From: Treponemataceae bacterium
Lineage (GTDB): Bacteria; Spirochaetota; Spirochaetia; Treponematales; Rectinemataceae
DNA length: 64,000 nucleotides
Direction: 5' to 3'
Assembly: GCA_963678065.2 (NCBI GenBank)
Contig: CAXXVZ010000002.1
Span: 480,001 to 544,000 of the forward strand
Within the stretch, counting starts at the first letter, position 1. Every line of letters starts with the position of its first letter. Both the position numbers and the translations under genes were made by a program. The notes under the pieces were generated by a model. It saw only the letters and a program-made list of their open reading frames with translations. It was not told where the DNA came from and ran no database searches. This document shows positions 28,618 to 38,531 of the stretch, piece by piece.

Positions 28618-29781
28618 ATGAATAACAACGACTTTATGCCCTCCTTTCGGGAACTGGTCGATTCCAGTCCGGCGGAGACCCTTCTTCCGGAATCCCGACA
28701 CGTGATACTGAGCGATCTTCACATGGGCGACGGCGGGGGCAGGGACGACCTTGCCCACAACAAGAATCTCATACAGACCGCCCTCCGGCAATGGTACCTC
28801 CCGGAAGACTATACTCTCGTTCTCAATGGCGATATCGAAGACCTCAGCAAATTCGATGACGGCAGGATACGGAAAGCCTGGAAGGAACTCTACGGAATCT
28901 TTGACGAGTTCGCCGCGAAGGGGAAATTGCGAAAAATCCTGGGCAACCACGATCTGTCGATTCTGAATGGGCCGGGCGGCGCGTACACATGGAGCCACGG
29001 ACTCTCGCTCTCGTGGAGCGGGGAGAAACTTTTCTGTTTTCACGGCCACCAGGCGAGCGGCTTCTTCGCCAACATGAACTACGTCTCCGATTTCATTGTA
29101 CGATATCTCGCAAAACCGCTCAGAATCAGGAATGCGGGAATCTCGGGGGATTCCAGGCGCCGCTACACCGCCGAGCACCGGATTTACAGGGCTTCGCGGG
29201 AAAGCGGCATCATCACGATCACCGGCCACACGCATCGTCCTCTCTTCGAGTCTTTTTCAAAATATGACAGCCTCCGCTGGTCAATCGAAAATCTCGTCCA
29301 GGAGTACATCGAAGCGGGTCCGGAACGGAAACAGGAAATCATCCGGCTAGTCGGCATCTACCGCTCCGAACTCGAACGTCTTTCCCCCCGCGACATGCGC
29401 TACGACCTCTCCACAAGTCTGTATGATATGAAATCCCTCCTCATCCCCTGCATGTTCAATTCCGGCTGTGCCACTGGAAAAAACGGACTGACCTGCATCG
29501 AACTCGACAGGGGTTCCATCTGTCTCGTCCATTGGGCTGAAAAGGAGGCCCGAAGGGAATACATCGCGAGGGAATCCGGCACGGACCGAATCATCCGGAA
29601 ATCCGGATGCACGCGGTACATTCTCAGGGAGGATACGCTTGACCATGTGTTCACCCGCATAGAACTTCTCGACGGCCGGAAGACAGGGGAGCACAGACTC
29701 GCCGGCAGGCATGACCAGGCCGAGGCGGCAGGAGTAGCGGAATATCCCGAAGCGTTTGACGAAATACTCATGAGCCGATGA
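28618..29781 (+). CDS. Calcineurin-like metallophosphoesterase with intact motifs
   Basis: SDLHMGDG, NGDIEDL, GNHD, FHGH, GHTH, FNSG. Confidence 0.88.
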   Translation: MNNNDFMPSFRELVDSSPAETLLPESRHVILSDLHMGDGGGRDDLAHNKNLIQTALRQWYLPEDYTLVLNGDIEDLSKFDDGRIRKAWKELYGIFDEFAAKGKLRKILGNHDLSILNGPGGAYTWSHGLSLSWSGEKLFCFHGHQASGFFANMNYVSDFIVRYLAKPLRIRNAGISGDSRRRYTAEHRIYRASRESGIITITGHTHRPLFESFSKYDSLRWSIENLVQEYIEAGPERKQEIIRLVGIYRSELERLSPRDMRYDLSTSLYDMKSLLIPCMFNSGCATGKNGLTCIELDRGSICLVHWAEKEARREYIARESGTDRIIRKSGCTRYILREDTLDHVFTRIELLDGRKTGEHRLAGRHDQAEAAGVAEYPEAFDEILMSR

Positions 29782-29945
29782 TGAAACTCTCATTCGGGCC
29801 ATGTATGTTCATATCAGGTAAAAATTGTACGTTGCCGGCTGATTTCGTTCGATACGGAGCCGACAGAGGTTCCTGCCGCACGGCGCGCGGTAAAAAGGAT
29901 TTGCGCCATACTTGAACGGTCAGACAGCCGCCATCACATTTTCAG

Positions 29946-29978
29946 TAGCGCGACCCTTGTGGTACGCGCTATTTTTTT
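29946..29978 (+). terminator. Rho-independent terminator
   Basis: TAGCGCG-ACC...GGT-A-CGCGCTA stem followed by T7, between convergent genes. Confidence 0.6.
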
Positions 29979-29993
29979 AAGCTGCACCGAAGA

Positions 29994-31085
29994 CTATGGA
30001 TGGTTGTCTTTTTCCGTGAGGTTGTTGTCTCCGATCCGACAGGCTTCCAGGGGCATCTCCGCGAGAATATTGGCGACGAGTTTCCCGTTCGGACTTTCCC
30101 TCGAACCGGCAATTCCCGTGTAATGCCAGGGGCGCATGGTTTTCTTTTTCATCCACCGGACAAGGCGTATCGTGCCCGCCTCGATTTCCAGTGCATTGAG
30201 ACAGCGTATGCCGGCTGCCGGTCCCGGATTGAAAAGCAGAGGTTTCAGCGGGTTTTCAACGCAGGATTCCAGACGGCGCGGGAGGTCTGCGGCCTCTCCG
30301 CGTTCCCGGCGGATCTCCTTTCTGTACAAGTCTATCAGCGCATCGACAAAACCGGGTCCCGAGGAGGGATCGGGCAGGCCTTTCTCCCGGACAAGGCTTT
30401 CCACGGCGGTGCGCAGATCCCAGGCTATCGTTCTGGAAGCAAAGAGTGCCCGTCCGGTGTGTCCGCTTATGGTAATCAGCCCCATGTCGGCGGAAGCCTG
30501 GTACAGTCTGCGCTCGGTCCTATAGAGACGATCGGGGTCAGCCATGTCGTTTTCATCCCGGATACGGCGCGGTTTTATGATATAGCTGTCTACAAAATGA
30601 CGGTAATCCCGACCCGCGAAATACTTTGAAGCCTGGTGGCCATGAAGTATGGCTATCTTCTTCCCCGCAGCGTCGAGAACGAGGCAATGGAGAAGGGGCC
30701 AGGGATAGTCCGGTTTCCGCAAAAGCCCCAGATCCCTTTCGCCCAGTATTTTCCAGAAATGTCCCGAATTATGGAATTCGTCAAAAATTCCGTAAAGGTT
30801 CCTCCAGGCTTTCAGGATGTCCTTACGCCAAAAACTCCGGAGGTCCTCGCAGTCGCCGTTCGCGACAAGGGAATAGCCTGCGGGTCCGTACCAGCCGGAC
30901 AATGCCGGCTCCAGAATGTCCCTGATTCCGGAGAGCGTGTCAGAGCGGCCGCCATCGCCCATCCACAGGTCTCCGATGACGACAATGCGTGAGGTCGGAG
31001 CCAGGTATTCGACAGGAGCGTGTGCCACGAGGGACGTGAACGACTCGAAAAATTTTTCGTAGCGGATGAGAGGCCTCCCTGACAA
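29994..31085 (-). CDS. Degenerate metallophosphoesterase paralog (pseudoenzyme candidate)
   Basis: Colinear with 28618-29781, but DLW, GERD and GHTG replace DLH, GNHD and GHTH; TTG start. Confidence 0.8.
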   Translation of the reverse strand: MSGRPLIRYEKFFESFTSLVAHAPVEYLAPTSRIVVIGDLWMGDGGRSDTLSGIRDILEPALSGWYGPAGYSLVANGDCEDLRSFWRKDILKAWRNLYGIFDEFHNSGHFWKILGERDLGLLRKPDYPWPLLHCLVLDAAGKKIAILHGHQASKYFAGRDYRHFVDSYIIKPRRIRDENDMADPDRLYRTERRLYQASADMGLITISGHTGRALFASRTIAWDLRTAVESLVREKGLPDPSSGPGFVDALIDLYRKEIRRERGEAADLPRRLESCVENPLKPLLFNPGPAAGIRCLNALEIEAGTIRLVRWMKKKTMRPWHYTGIAGSRESPNGKLVANILAEMPLEACRIGDNNLTEKDNHP

Positions 31086-31106
31086 GTCATCACGTTGACA
31101 GGAAGC

Positions 31107-31145
31107 CGTTCGGATTTAGTGAGAAGGGCGCGAGATTCATGTAAA
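31107..31145 (-). promoter_or_regulatory. Pho-box-like 11-bp-period repeats
   Basis: Minus strand TTTACA, CTCGCG, CTCACT, CGAACG at 11-bp steps. Confidence 0.4.
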
Positions 31146-31184
31146 ACCGTCCGAAACCGCCGGTGTGGTTCGGCCTAGCCCGGA

Positions 31185-32015
31185 TCAGCGGGATGGGCGG
31201 GATCGAAGGAGCCGCAGCGCGAGTTCAGGGCCGCCGACTTTCGCGAAGGAGTGCAGATGATGGGAAAAGTTCCATTCGAGCCCGGATCTGACTCTCAGTT
31301 CGATCCGTCCTCCCGCGGCGATCATCGCGTCACGCATCTCAAGGGAGGCGGATGCCGGTACGATCGTATCTCTGCTGTTGCAGAAGGCGAAGACGGGTAC
31401 ACGCGCCGCACGGTCAGCCAGGGAGGGGTCGCCTCCTCCAGAAATCACTACAGCGCCGGTCCATCCTTCGCCGGCAGGACCTTCCGGGTGGCGCAGAAGG
31501 AGGTCCCAGACGCCGTGTCCGCCCATGGAAGAGCCCACGAGATAGATCCGGCGCGGGTCGATATTTTCGGTCCTCGTTATTTTACACAAGGCTGACCATG
31601 CCTCCCGCATCGCCGGACTTTCGGGAATATCCGCGATCGAATAGTTGCCCCACGCGGAAACATCGACCCATTTCGACGATACCGGAGCGCGGGGAACAAA
31701 AATGAAGGCTGGCTCTGCGGAGCGAACCCGTGGATCGAGGAAGGCCTGTACCGCTGGGTCCGTCAGCGGCGTTACCGATTTTTTCCAGCCGCCCGTTCCG
31801 TGGAGGATCACGACGAGGGGGAATCCCGGTGGGGGAGCCGTTCCGGCTTGCCCTTTGCGCGGCGATCTGTCCAGAGCGCCGGCATCGGGTCTGATGAGGG
31901 TGTATGTGATAACTCCGGAAACGTGGACTTCTGCGCTGATCACGGGCTTTGCAACACAGGCATTCATTACCCCCCCCAAGCAGACAATCAGAATGAGAAG
32001 GGAACGAAAAAACAT
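31185..32015 (-). CDS. Exported alpha/beta hydrolase (phospholipase/carboxylesterase-like)
   Basis: Signal or lipoprotein-like N-terminus; PLVVILHG, IDPRRIYLVGSSMGG, DTIVP and a C-terminal His. Confidence 0.8.
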   Translation of the reverse strand: MFFRSLLILIVCLGGVMNACVAKPVISAEVHVSGVITYTLIRPDAGALDRSPRKGQAGTAPPPGFPLVVILHGTGGWKKSVTPLTDPAVQAFLDPRVRSAEPAFIFVPRAPVSSKWVDVSAWGNYSIADIPESPAMREAWSALCKITRTENIDPRRIYLVGSSMGGHGVWDLLLRHPEGPAGEGWTGAVVISGGGDPSLADRAARVPVFAFCNSRDTIVPASASLEMRDAMIAAGGRIELRVRSGLEWNFSHHLHSFAKVGGPELALRLLRSRPSR

Positions 32016-32091
32016 GCTCCCTTCTTCCCGTGTCCCGATTTCGCGAAGCACGGCTCAACATCCTGATTCTCAACAATCTCCGATGCAGTCT

Positions 32092-33387
32092 CTACTCGTT
32101 CAACAGCCTGTTGACGCGCTTTTCCGCGTCGGCAAAGAGGGTGTCGATATCCTGGCCCGTCACCCAGGCCGCATCCAGCGCCTTCGTGATTACATTCGCG
32201 GCCTCGGTGTAGCCGGGATTCAAGGGACGTTTCGTTGCGTACACCATCTGGTCAACCGCAACTTTGAACTGCGGCGTCGATGCGTAGAGAGCCTTCATCG
32301 CAGGCGATTCTACCGCGCTCCTGCGGCTCGGCATGTAGCCGGTAAAGGCGCTGGCATACGCGGTCTGCTCGGTGGCTGTCATCCATTTCACGAACTCCCA
32401 TGCCGCGTCCTTGTTCCGCTTGTCGACCTTGCCGGAGATGGAGAGGTTTGAGCCGCCGGAGGGGACTCCGTATCTGACGCCCTTGGGCATGAAGGCGGTG
32501 TTGATCTCGAAGTTGTTCGACTTGGCGATGCCCCTGTAGGTCGTGAGGCCCGCGGTGGTCTGGAACCACATACCGCATTTCTGGTTCATGATGTCCGCGG
32601 TGGTTTTCGAAACATCGGCGCTGGCGACTATCCGGATGAGACCGGCATTTTTCAGATCATTGAAGAACTTGACCGCATCGCGGGCAGCCGCGCTGTTGAT
32701 GTTGCTCGATTTCTCGTCATCGGAGAGGACAGTCGTACCGGCCTGCATGAGCAAGGCCTCGTAGACCCAGACATCCGACCAGATGGTCATGCCGAAAAGT
32801 CCAGTTTTTTCCTTGATCGTCCTGCAGTACGAAGCGAGTTCGTCCCACGTCCTGGGGCCGGCAGGATCGAGCCCCGCTTTCCTGAGCACTGTCGTATTCA
32901 TGTACAGGATCGGCGTGCTACGAAGGAAGGGCAGACTGTAGAGCTTCCCGCCGACATAGGAGTTGCCCATGAGTCCTTTCTGAAAATCCGAGAGGTCGAA
33001 TTTGTCGCGGGCGACGAGTTCGTCCACCGGATCGATCAGGCCGTTCATCGCGAAGGCTCCGACAGACCCTATCTCCGTCACCACGACCTCGGGAGCTTTG
33101 CCGGCGATGGAGGCAGCCTGGAATTTCTGGTTCAGCTCCGCATAGCCGCCCTGATACTCGGCCGTGACATGGATCCCCTTCTCTTTGCCGACAGTTTCGT
33201 TGAACTTCTTCGTCAGATAGGTATTGTTTTCCTGGACCACACCGGCATAGGCATACCAGAAGAGAATCTCGGTTGGCGCCTTCGCGCCATTCCCTGCCTG
33301 TGCGGCGAGATTCCCCGACCCCAGAGCGCCTGCGCAGAACAGCGCCGATATCAACAGTGCGCGAAATCTTCGTACCTGGTTTTTCAT
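32092..33387 (-). CDS. ugpB: ABC substrate-binding protein, UgpB-like
   Basis: Signal peptide; YQGGY, SLPFLRSTPILYMN, PRTWDEL, GGSNL, TGYMP. Confidence 0.7.
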   Translation of the reverse strand: MKNQVRRFRALLISALFCAGALGSGNLAAQAGNGAKAPTEILFWYAYAGVVQENNTYLTKKFNETVGKEKGIHVTAEYQGGYAELNQKFQAASIAGKAPEVVVTEIGSVGAFAMNGLIDPVDELVARDKFDLSDFQKGLMGNSYVGGKLYSLPFLRSTPILYMNTTVLRKAGLDPAGPRTWDELASYCRTIKEKTGLFGMTIWSDVWVYEALLMQAGTTVLSDDEKSSNINSAAARDAVKFFNDLKNAGLIRIVASADVSKTTADIMNQKCGMWFQTTAGLTTYRGIAKSNNFEINTAFMPKGVRYGVPSGGSNLSISGKVDKRNKDAAWEFVKWMTATEQTAYASAFTGYMPSRRSAVESPAMKALYASTPQFKVAVDQMVYATKRPLNPGYTEAANVITKALDAAWVTGQDIDTLFADAEKRVNRLLNE

Positions 33388-33401
33388 CGGAAACTCCTTG
33401 T

Positions 33402-34232
33402 TTATTTTTCACCCATATAGGTGAAGGCCTTGATTATCTGTCGCTGGGCGACGAGGAAAGCGGCGGCTATGGGAAGAATGAGCAGCAGGTTGCCCGCCAT
33501 GACCGTATGGTACGTGATGCCGCTTCCCACCATCCGCAGAGAGGCGATGCCCAGAGGCAGTGTGCGCACCGCGTCGCTCGTCGTGAGAACAAGGGGCCAG
33601 AAGTAATCGTTCCACGTCGAAATGAAGGTGAGAAGGGCGAGTGTGACGAGGGTCGGCCGCGCGATGGGCAGCATGATCTCGATCATGATCCGGAGTTCGC
33701 CCGCCCTGTCGAGGCGCGCGGCCTCGAGGACTTCTTCCGGCACCTGCCTGAAGGTCTGCCTGAGCATGAATATGCCGAAAGCGCTCGCAGCCGAGGGCAG
33801 GATCAGCGATGCGTAGTGGTTGATCATCCCGAAGCGGCCCATGAGGAGGAATACCGGCAGAAAGACGAGCTGGGCGGGGATCATCACTGTGGCGAGAGTC
33901 ATTCCGAACAGGAGGTTCTGTCCCTTGAAGGTGAATCGCGCGAATGCATAGGCAGCGGGAATGACGGTGAGACACTGGCAGAAAATTATCGAGGTGGAAA
34001 CGATGAGGCTGTTGCAAAGATACCTCAGGAAGGGAATCGTGGTGAAAGCGACGGCAAAGTTTTCCCAGTGGGGAAGCGAAACCCAGAAAGTCGGAGGAAA
34101 GCGGAGGGTTTCACCCTGGGATTTCAGGGCGGTCAGCGCCATCCAGTAAAAGGGCACAAGGTAGACGAGGACTATCGCCGCCGAGGCGATTGCGCGGGCG
34201 ATGATCGAGAGCGCTTTTGCTTTCGTTTTCAT
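33402..34232 (-). CDS. ugpE: CUT1 ABC permease, UgpE-like
   Basis: AAYAFAR, FGIFMLRQTF, EAARLD, WNDYFWP, RTLPLG. Confidence 0.75.
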   Translation of the reverse strand: MKTKAKALSIIARAIASAAIVLVYLVPFYWMALTALKSQGETLRFPPTFWVSLPHWENFAVAFTTIPFLRYLCNSLIVSTSIIFCQCLTVIPAAYAFARFTFKGQNLLFGMTLATVMIPAQLVFLPVFLLMGRFGMINHYASLILPSAASAFGIFMLRQTFRQVPEEVLEAARLDRAGELRIMIEIMLPIARPTLVTLALLTFISTWNDYFWPLVLTTSDAVRTLPLGIASLRMVGSGITYHTVMAGNLLLILPIAAAFLVAQRQIIKAFTYMGEK

Positions 34233-34243
34233 GGTGTGCGCCT

Positions 34244-35110
34244 TTAGCGGTAATGGACCCTGCGGTCGAGCATCCGGAAATACAGTAGCGTGAATATTCC
34301 GACGAGCAGCATCAGGATGACTCCGACGGCCGACGCGTAGCCGATCTTGAAAAACTGGAATCCGTACTGGTAGATATAATGGACAAGGGTATTGGTGGAG
34401 TTGACCGGTCCTCCCTGGGTCATGATGCTGACTGTCTCGAAGGCCTTGAACGACGCGATGATGTTGGTCAGCGCCAGGAAGAAAAGCGTCGGCGACAGCA
34501 TCGGCAGGGTGATGGAGCGGAATACGGCTAAGGGCTTTGCCTTGTCGAGAGCGGCGGCCTCGTACAGGTATGCCGGTATGGACTGCAGGGCGGAGACGAA
34601 GATCAGGGTGTCGAAACCGAGACCTTTCCACACCGAGACCATCACGAGCGAATTGAGCGCGACGCGCGGATCGTCGAGCCAGCCGACCGGCGCCAGCCCG
34701 AACAGGCCCAGAAGGTAGTTGAGCAGCCCGAAGTCGGAATCCATAAACCACATCCAGATGAACGATATCGAAACGAGCGAGATGATATAGGGCGCGAAGA
34801 CCGAAGCCTGAAGGAAGCGGTTCATCTTTGTATTCCGGCGCAGGAAGAGGGCGAGGAGGAGCGAGATCGCCACGGACAGGATCACGCTGAGCGCCATGTA
34901 ATACAGAGAATTTCCGAGCACGCGGATGAACTCCCCGCTTGAAGCGAGGTCGGCATAGTTCCGGATTCCGACAAAAACCTTCGGTCCCATCATGTTCCAC
35001 TTGAAAAAGCTCAGGTATAGCATGTAGCCGATCGGGAACAGCGAAAAGACAGCGAAAACGGCCATCGCCGGGGCGACCATCAGGTAGGGGCGAAGCTTCG
35101 CCAGGTTCAT
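34244..35110 (-). CDS. ugpA: CUT1 ABC permease, UgpA-like
   Basis: LQSIPAYLYEAAALD, ITLPMLSPT, TQGGP. Confidence 0.75.
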   Translation of the reverse strand: MNLAKLRPYLMVAPAMAVFAVFSLFPIGYMLYLSFFKWNMMGPKVFVGIRNYADLASSGEFIRVLGNSLYYMALSVILSVAISLLLALFLRRNTKMNRFLQASVFAPYIISLVSISFIWMWFMDSDFGLLNYLLGLFGLAPVGWLDDPRVALNSLVMVSVWKGLGFDTLIFVSALQSIPAYLYEAAALDKAKPLAVFRSITLPMLSPTLFFLALTNIIASFKAFETVSIMTQGGPVNSTNTLVHYIYQYGFQFFKIGYASAVGVILMLLVGIFTLLYFRMLDRRVHYR

Positions 35111-36195
35111 GATGCCCCCGCAATCCGGGAACCGTGTGCGTCAAAATAAAAGAGATCCTTCCGGGCGGCGTGCACGATGATCTTCCCGTAGGGTATCCGC
35201 TTGTTCTCGTAGAGCTTCACATTGACGATTTCTCCGCCGCAGTCGGCCTTGTAGAGAACTTCCGAACCCAGCATCTCGTGTGTCGCGAGCATGCCGGAGA
35301 TGGAGAGAGCTCCGGCGGGGACCTCCGCCCGATCGGACACGATGTCCGCTTTCTCGGGGCGAAATCCGACAAAGCGCGTACCACGGGGCAGCGGGGACAG
35401 GATCTTCTCCGTGCCGGCCACTGATTCGACTTTTGTGTCGACGATGTTCATGGGGGGCGTGCCGATAAAACGCGCGCTGAAGGTATTGGCCGGACTCGCG
35501 TACAGCTCTTCGGGGCTCGCTTCCTGACGGATCCGTCCTTTCTCGAAGAGGATGATTTTCGTACCCATCGACATTGCCTCGACCTGATCGTGCGTCACAT
35601 AGACGAAGGTGCTGCCCAGGCGGCGGTGGAGTTCGATGAGTTCCGTCCGCAATTGACTGCGTAACTTCGCGTCGAGGTTGGAGAGAGGCTCGTCCATCAG
35701 AAAGATATGCGGCTGTTTAACCATCGCGCGCGCCAACGCGACCCTCTGCCGCTGGCCGCCCGAAAGGAACTGGGGCTTTTTCTTCATATAATCGCCCAGG
35801 CCCACCATTGCCGCGATCTCGTCGATGCGGCGCGTCCGCTCCGCCTTGGGCACTTTGTGGTTCCTGAGGCCGAACTCGATGTTCCCGTGCACACTCATCG
35901 TCGGATAGAGCGCGTAGTTCTGGAACACCATCGCGATGTCGCGGTCGCCGGGCTCGACCTCGCGCATGCTCCTGCCGTCGATGAAGATGTCGCCCGACGA
36001 GAACTTTTCCAGGCCGGCGATGAGCCGCAGTATCGTCGACTTGCCGCAGCCGGAGGGTCCCAGAAGTACGGTGAAACTCCCTTCTTCTATTTTAAGGTCG
36101 AGTCCGTCGAGCACTTTTTCCGGGCCATAGCTCTTGTGGACGCCGCGCAGTTCTATTGCGGGCGCCATCGCTTCATCATCGGGAAGACCGCTCAC
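35107..36195 (-). CDS. ugpC: CUT1 ABC ATPase, UgpC/MalK-like
   Basis: [49 protein letters not shown]. Confidence 0.85.
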   Translation of the reverse strand: MSGLPDDEAMAPAIELRGVHKSYGPEKVLDGLDLKIEEGSFTVLLGPSGCGKSTILRLIAGLEKFSSGDIFIDGRSMREVEPGDRDIAMVFQNYALYPTMSVHGNIEFGLRNHKVPKAERTRRIDEIAAMVGLGDYMKKKPQFLSGGQRQRVALARAMVKQPHIFLMDEPLSNLDAKLRSQLRTELIELHRRLGSTFVYVTHDQVEAMSMGTKIILFEKGRIRQEASPEELYASPANTFSARFIGTPPMNIVDTKVESVAGTEKILSPLPRGTRFVGFRPEKADIVSDRAEVPAGALSISGMLATHEMLGSEVLYKADCGGEIVNVKLYENKRIPYGKIIVHAARKDLFYFDAHGSRIAGAS

Positions 36196-37022
36196 TCGAT
36201 GAATCCCCGCCCGGCCAGATAGGTGGCTCCCCGCTCGATGGCGCGGTGATCGCGCAGTTCGAGAATCATGCGTGGGCTTTGTTCCAGCATGTCGATCGCT
36301 TCGAAGAGTGCGTGCCAGTTGACCTCGCCATCGCCCGGCGCCCAGTGCCGGTCGGTCTGCCCGTCGGAATCCTGGATGTGCATATGCTCAAGGAGCGGCC
36401 CCGCATCGCGCACCCACTGGTCGGGCGTCGGTCCGCCGAGCTTGTGCGTGATGAATGCGTGACCGACATCGAGGCTCATCCTGACGTACTCCGAATCGAA
36501 GGAGCGGATGAGGTCGAGAAGGGGCACAGTGTTGGTGTCCTGGACATTCTCGATCACGAGAACGCATTTCGCGGCTTCAGCCAGGCCAACTATCTCATCC
36601 AGGACAGCATGGACAGTGGCTTTTTCGTCGAACATGCCCTTCGGCCCTGAATCGATCGAGAAAGGGCTCGCCCCGAAAAACACATAGGGGCTGTGGATGA
36701 CCATGTATCCGGCGCCCAACTCGGCAGCGAATTCGAGGGACTGGCGCAGGCGGGCGATTACGATTTCGCATAACTTCCTGTCGAAACCGGCGCGGAGGCT
36801 GAAACCGATGAAGGGGCCGTGGACTCCCAACCTGCCCGTGTAGCCGGAAAGCGTCTCGCGCGCCTGGCGGACGAGAGCCTTCCAGTCGCCGTCGAGAACC
36901 GCGGGGATGGCGGGATCCTGGATCTCGATGTCGCGCTGCCCCGATATCAGCCAGTCGCGATGCTCACCGAGCGAGCGAATGGGCATTGCCGCCCCGATGC
37001 GGGGTTTCGAGCCGCCTTCCAT
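36192..37022 (-). CDS. AP-endonuclease-2/xylose-isomerase-like TIM-barrel metalloenzyme
   Basis: VHGP, VIHS, IEN, DVGH, HMHIQD, DRH, LE; SD GGAGG before ATG 37022. Confidence 0.85.
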   Translation of the reverse strand: MEGGSKPRIGAAMPIRSLGEHRDWLISGQRDIEIQDPAIPAVLDGDWKALVRQARETLSGYTGRLGVHGPFIGFSLRAGFDRKLCEIVIARLRQSLEFAAELGAGYMVIHSPYVFFGASPFSIDSGPKGMFDEKATVHAVLDEIVGLAEAAKCVLVIENVQDTNTVPLLDLIRSFDSEYVRMSLDVGHAFITHKLGGPTPDQWVRDAGPLLEHMHIQDSDGQTDRHWAPGDGEVNWHALFEAIDMLEQSPRMILELRDHRAIERGATYLAGRGFIE

Positions 37023-37102
37023 ATTATTGCCTCCGGTAGTCTTCGGTTCTCTTCGTGTCGCGGAACGCTTTTTGCCCCGCCAACACGAGCCTACAGGAGT
37101 CT

Positions 37103-37152
37103 CGTGTTGATCACGTGTTGATTTCATGGAGAATCGGTCAGGCTTCTGTCAA
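37103..37152 (-). promoter_or_regulatory. Pho-box-like 11-bp-period repeats upstream of the ugp-like operon
   Basis: Minus strand TTGACAG-aagc-CTGACCG, then TCAACACG-tga-TCAACACG. Confidence 0.55.
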
Positions 37153-37260
37153 TTCGAGCCTTCGCTCCGATTCCCCTGCTCCGGAACACGACCTGCCCGC
37201 CCCATGCGGGCAAGTCCGGGGTGTCCTGCCTGGGCGGGACCGCTCATACGCCAAGAAGTC

Positions 37261-38445
37261 TCACTTGCCAGGCCGGGGATAGAGCGCATAAAGAACGGCG
37301 GCGCCCCAGGTCAGTGGAGCATCGGGTTTGGCCGGATCGACATTCCACATGCAGTTGCGCACGGACATGGTTCTGGATGTGGGGTCGATGCTGACGAGGT
37401 CGAAAGACAGTTTGGTTTCGTCCGTGGACGAGACAGTACCTTTCATGGGGGAATCGACGCCGACAGTATGAAGGACGACACCATTGTCCGGACCGGTCCA
37501 GTCGTAGTAACGGTTCAGATGATCGTTGCCGTGAAAATAAGCCGAGACATTGGAATGCCTGATCAGGAATTTTTCAAAATTCTGTTGCTCGATGGTGTTC
37601 GGGGAATCCACGGTTTTCCCGCCGGCCAGCTGATCGGCCAACAGGTTTTCGAACTTGTCGGTGGAATTGATGTCGTGCTTCCCGTTGGGGTTCGTGAAGT
37701 GCTTCGACTCCCCCGCCGGCTGATCGTGGCTGAACAGGATAACCGGAGTCTGGGGGCTGACGTTTTTGAGATCCTTGTCCATCCAGCCGATATTTTCCGA
37801 ATCGGGCCACATAGTGATGAAAATGAAGTGAATGCCCCCGAAATCGCAGGAGTAATTCACGCGATCCGTGGCGTAGTTCCAGCTTGCATTTGTCTCCGGC
37901 ACGGAGGGATTCATCATCCGGTTATAGATCTCCACCATGGACGTCGGGTCGGTGACAGGTGTCATCGTCTTGTAAAAACCGATCGCGTTCGTGAGATCGT
38001 GATTGCCGGGAATAATGAAAAGCGGAGTCTTCTTGCCGGATCTGTCGCTCAGATTCAGGGAGTCGATGTAGCCCGCCTGAAATTGCTTCCATGAGGCGGA
38101 GGCGCTTTGAATGGCGGTAGCTCCGGCTCCTTCCTCGCGATTGGCGATGTCGCCGCCTTCGACAATGAAGTCGATGGGGCCGACGATTTTGTTTCCGTTT
38201 ACGCCACCGTCATCCGGCAGGGTTATCGCGGAAATCGTGTTCATCTTGGCGATCATGGCAGCGTTGACGATGGCGCTGCTCACCTTGGTTGCGCTCCGGA
38301 AATTGGCCCGTGTAATACCATAATGGGCATCGGAGGTAAAAATGAACTGGATGGCGTCGGGTGCCGCGGTCTGGGCAAACGACAGCCCCATTCCCGCGGA
38401 TAAAATGAGAAATGCGGTCAACAGGACTTTTGCGAGTCGATTCAT
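37261..38445 (-). CDS. Exported calcineurin-like metallophosphoesterase
   Basis: Signal peptide; SDAHYG, GGDIAN, PGNHD, FSH, FHGNDH. Confidence 0.85.
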   Translation of the reverse strand: MNRLAKVLLTAFLILSAGMGLSFAQTAAPDAIQFIFTSDAHYGITRANFRSATKVSSAIVNAAMIAKMNTISAITLPDDGGVNGNKIVGPIDFIVEGGDIANREEGAGATAIQSASASWKQFQAGYIDSLNLSDRSGKKTPLFIIPGNHDLTNAIGFYKTMTPVTDPTSMVEIYNRMMNPSVPETNASWNYATDRVNYSCDFGGIHFIFITMWPDSENIGWMDKDLKNVSPQTPVILFSHDQPAGESKHFTNPNGKHDINSTDKFENLLADQLAGGKTVDSPNTIEQQNFEKFLIRHSNVSAYFHGNDHLNRYYDWTGPDNGVVLHTVGVDSPMKGTVSSTDETKLSFDLVSIDPTSRTMSVRNCMWNVDPAKPDAPLTWGAAVLYALYPRPGK

Positions 38446-38501
38446 GCGATGGCTCCTCTTTTCCTGGAAGGATTGTGTGCGCACATATCTTCCCGCTTCG
38501 C

Positions 38502-38529
38502 CATCAGCATTTGATTATCGATGTGTCAG
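38502..38529 (-). promoter_or_regulatory. Pho-box-like 11-bp-period repeats
   Basis: Minus strand CTGACA, ATAATC, CTGATG at 11-bp steps. Confidence 0.5.
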
Positions 38530-38531
38530 AA

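Noticed and set aside
29782..29945. ncRNA between the convergent phosphoesterases
   Set aside because: No recognisable structure other than the terminator
33402..35144. 580-aa ORF as a fused permease
   Set aside because: Its N-part is an off-frame read of the ugpA-like gene; the real start is 34232
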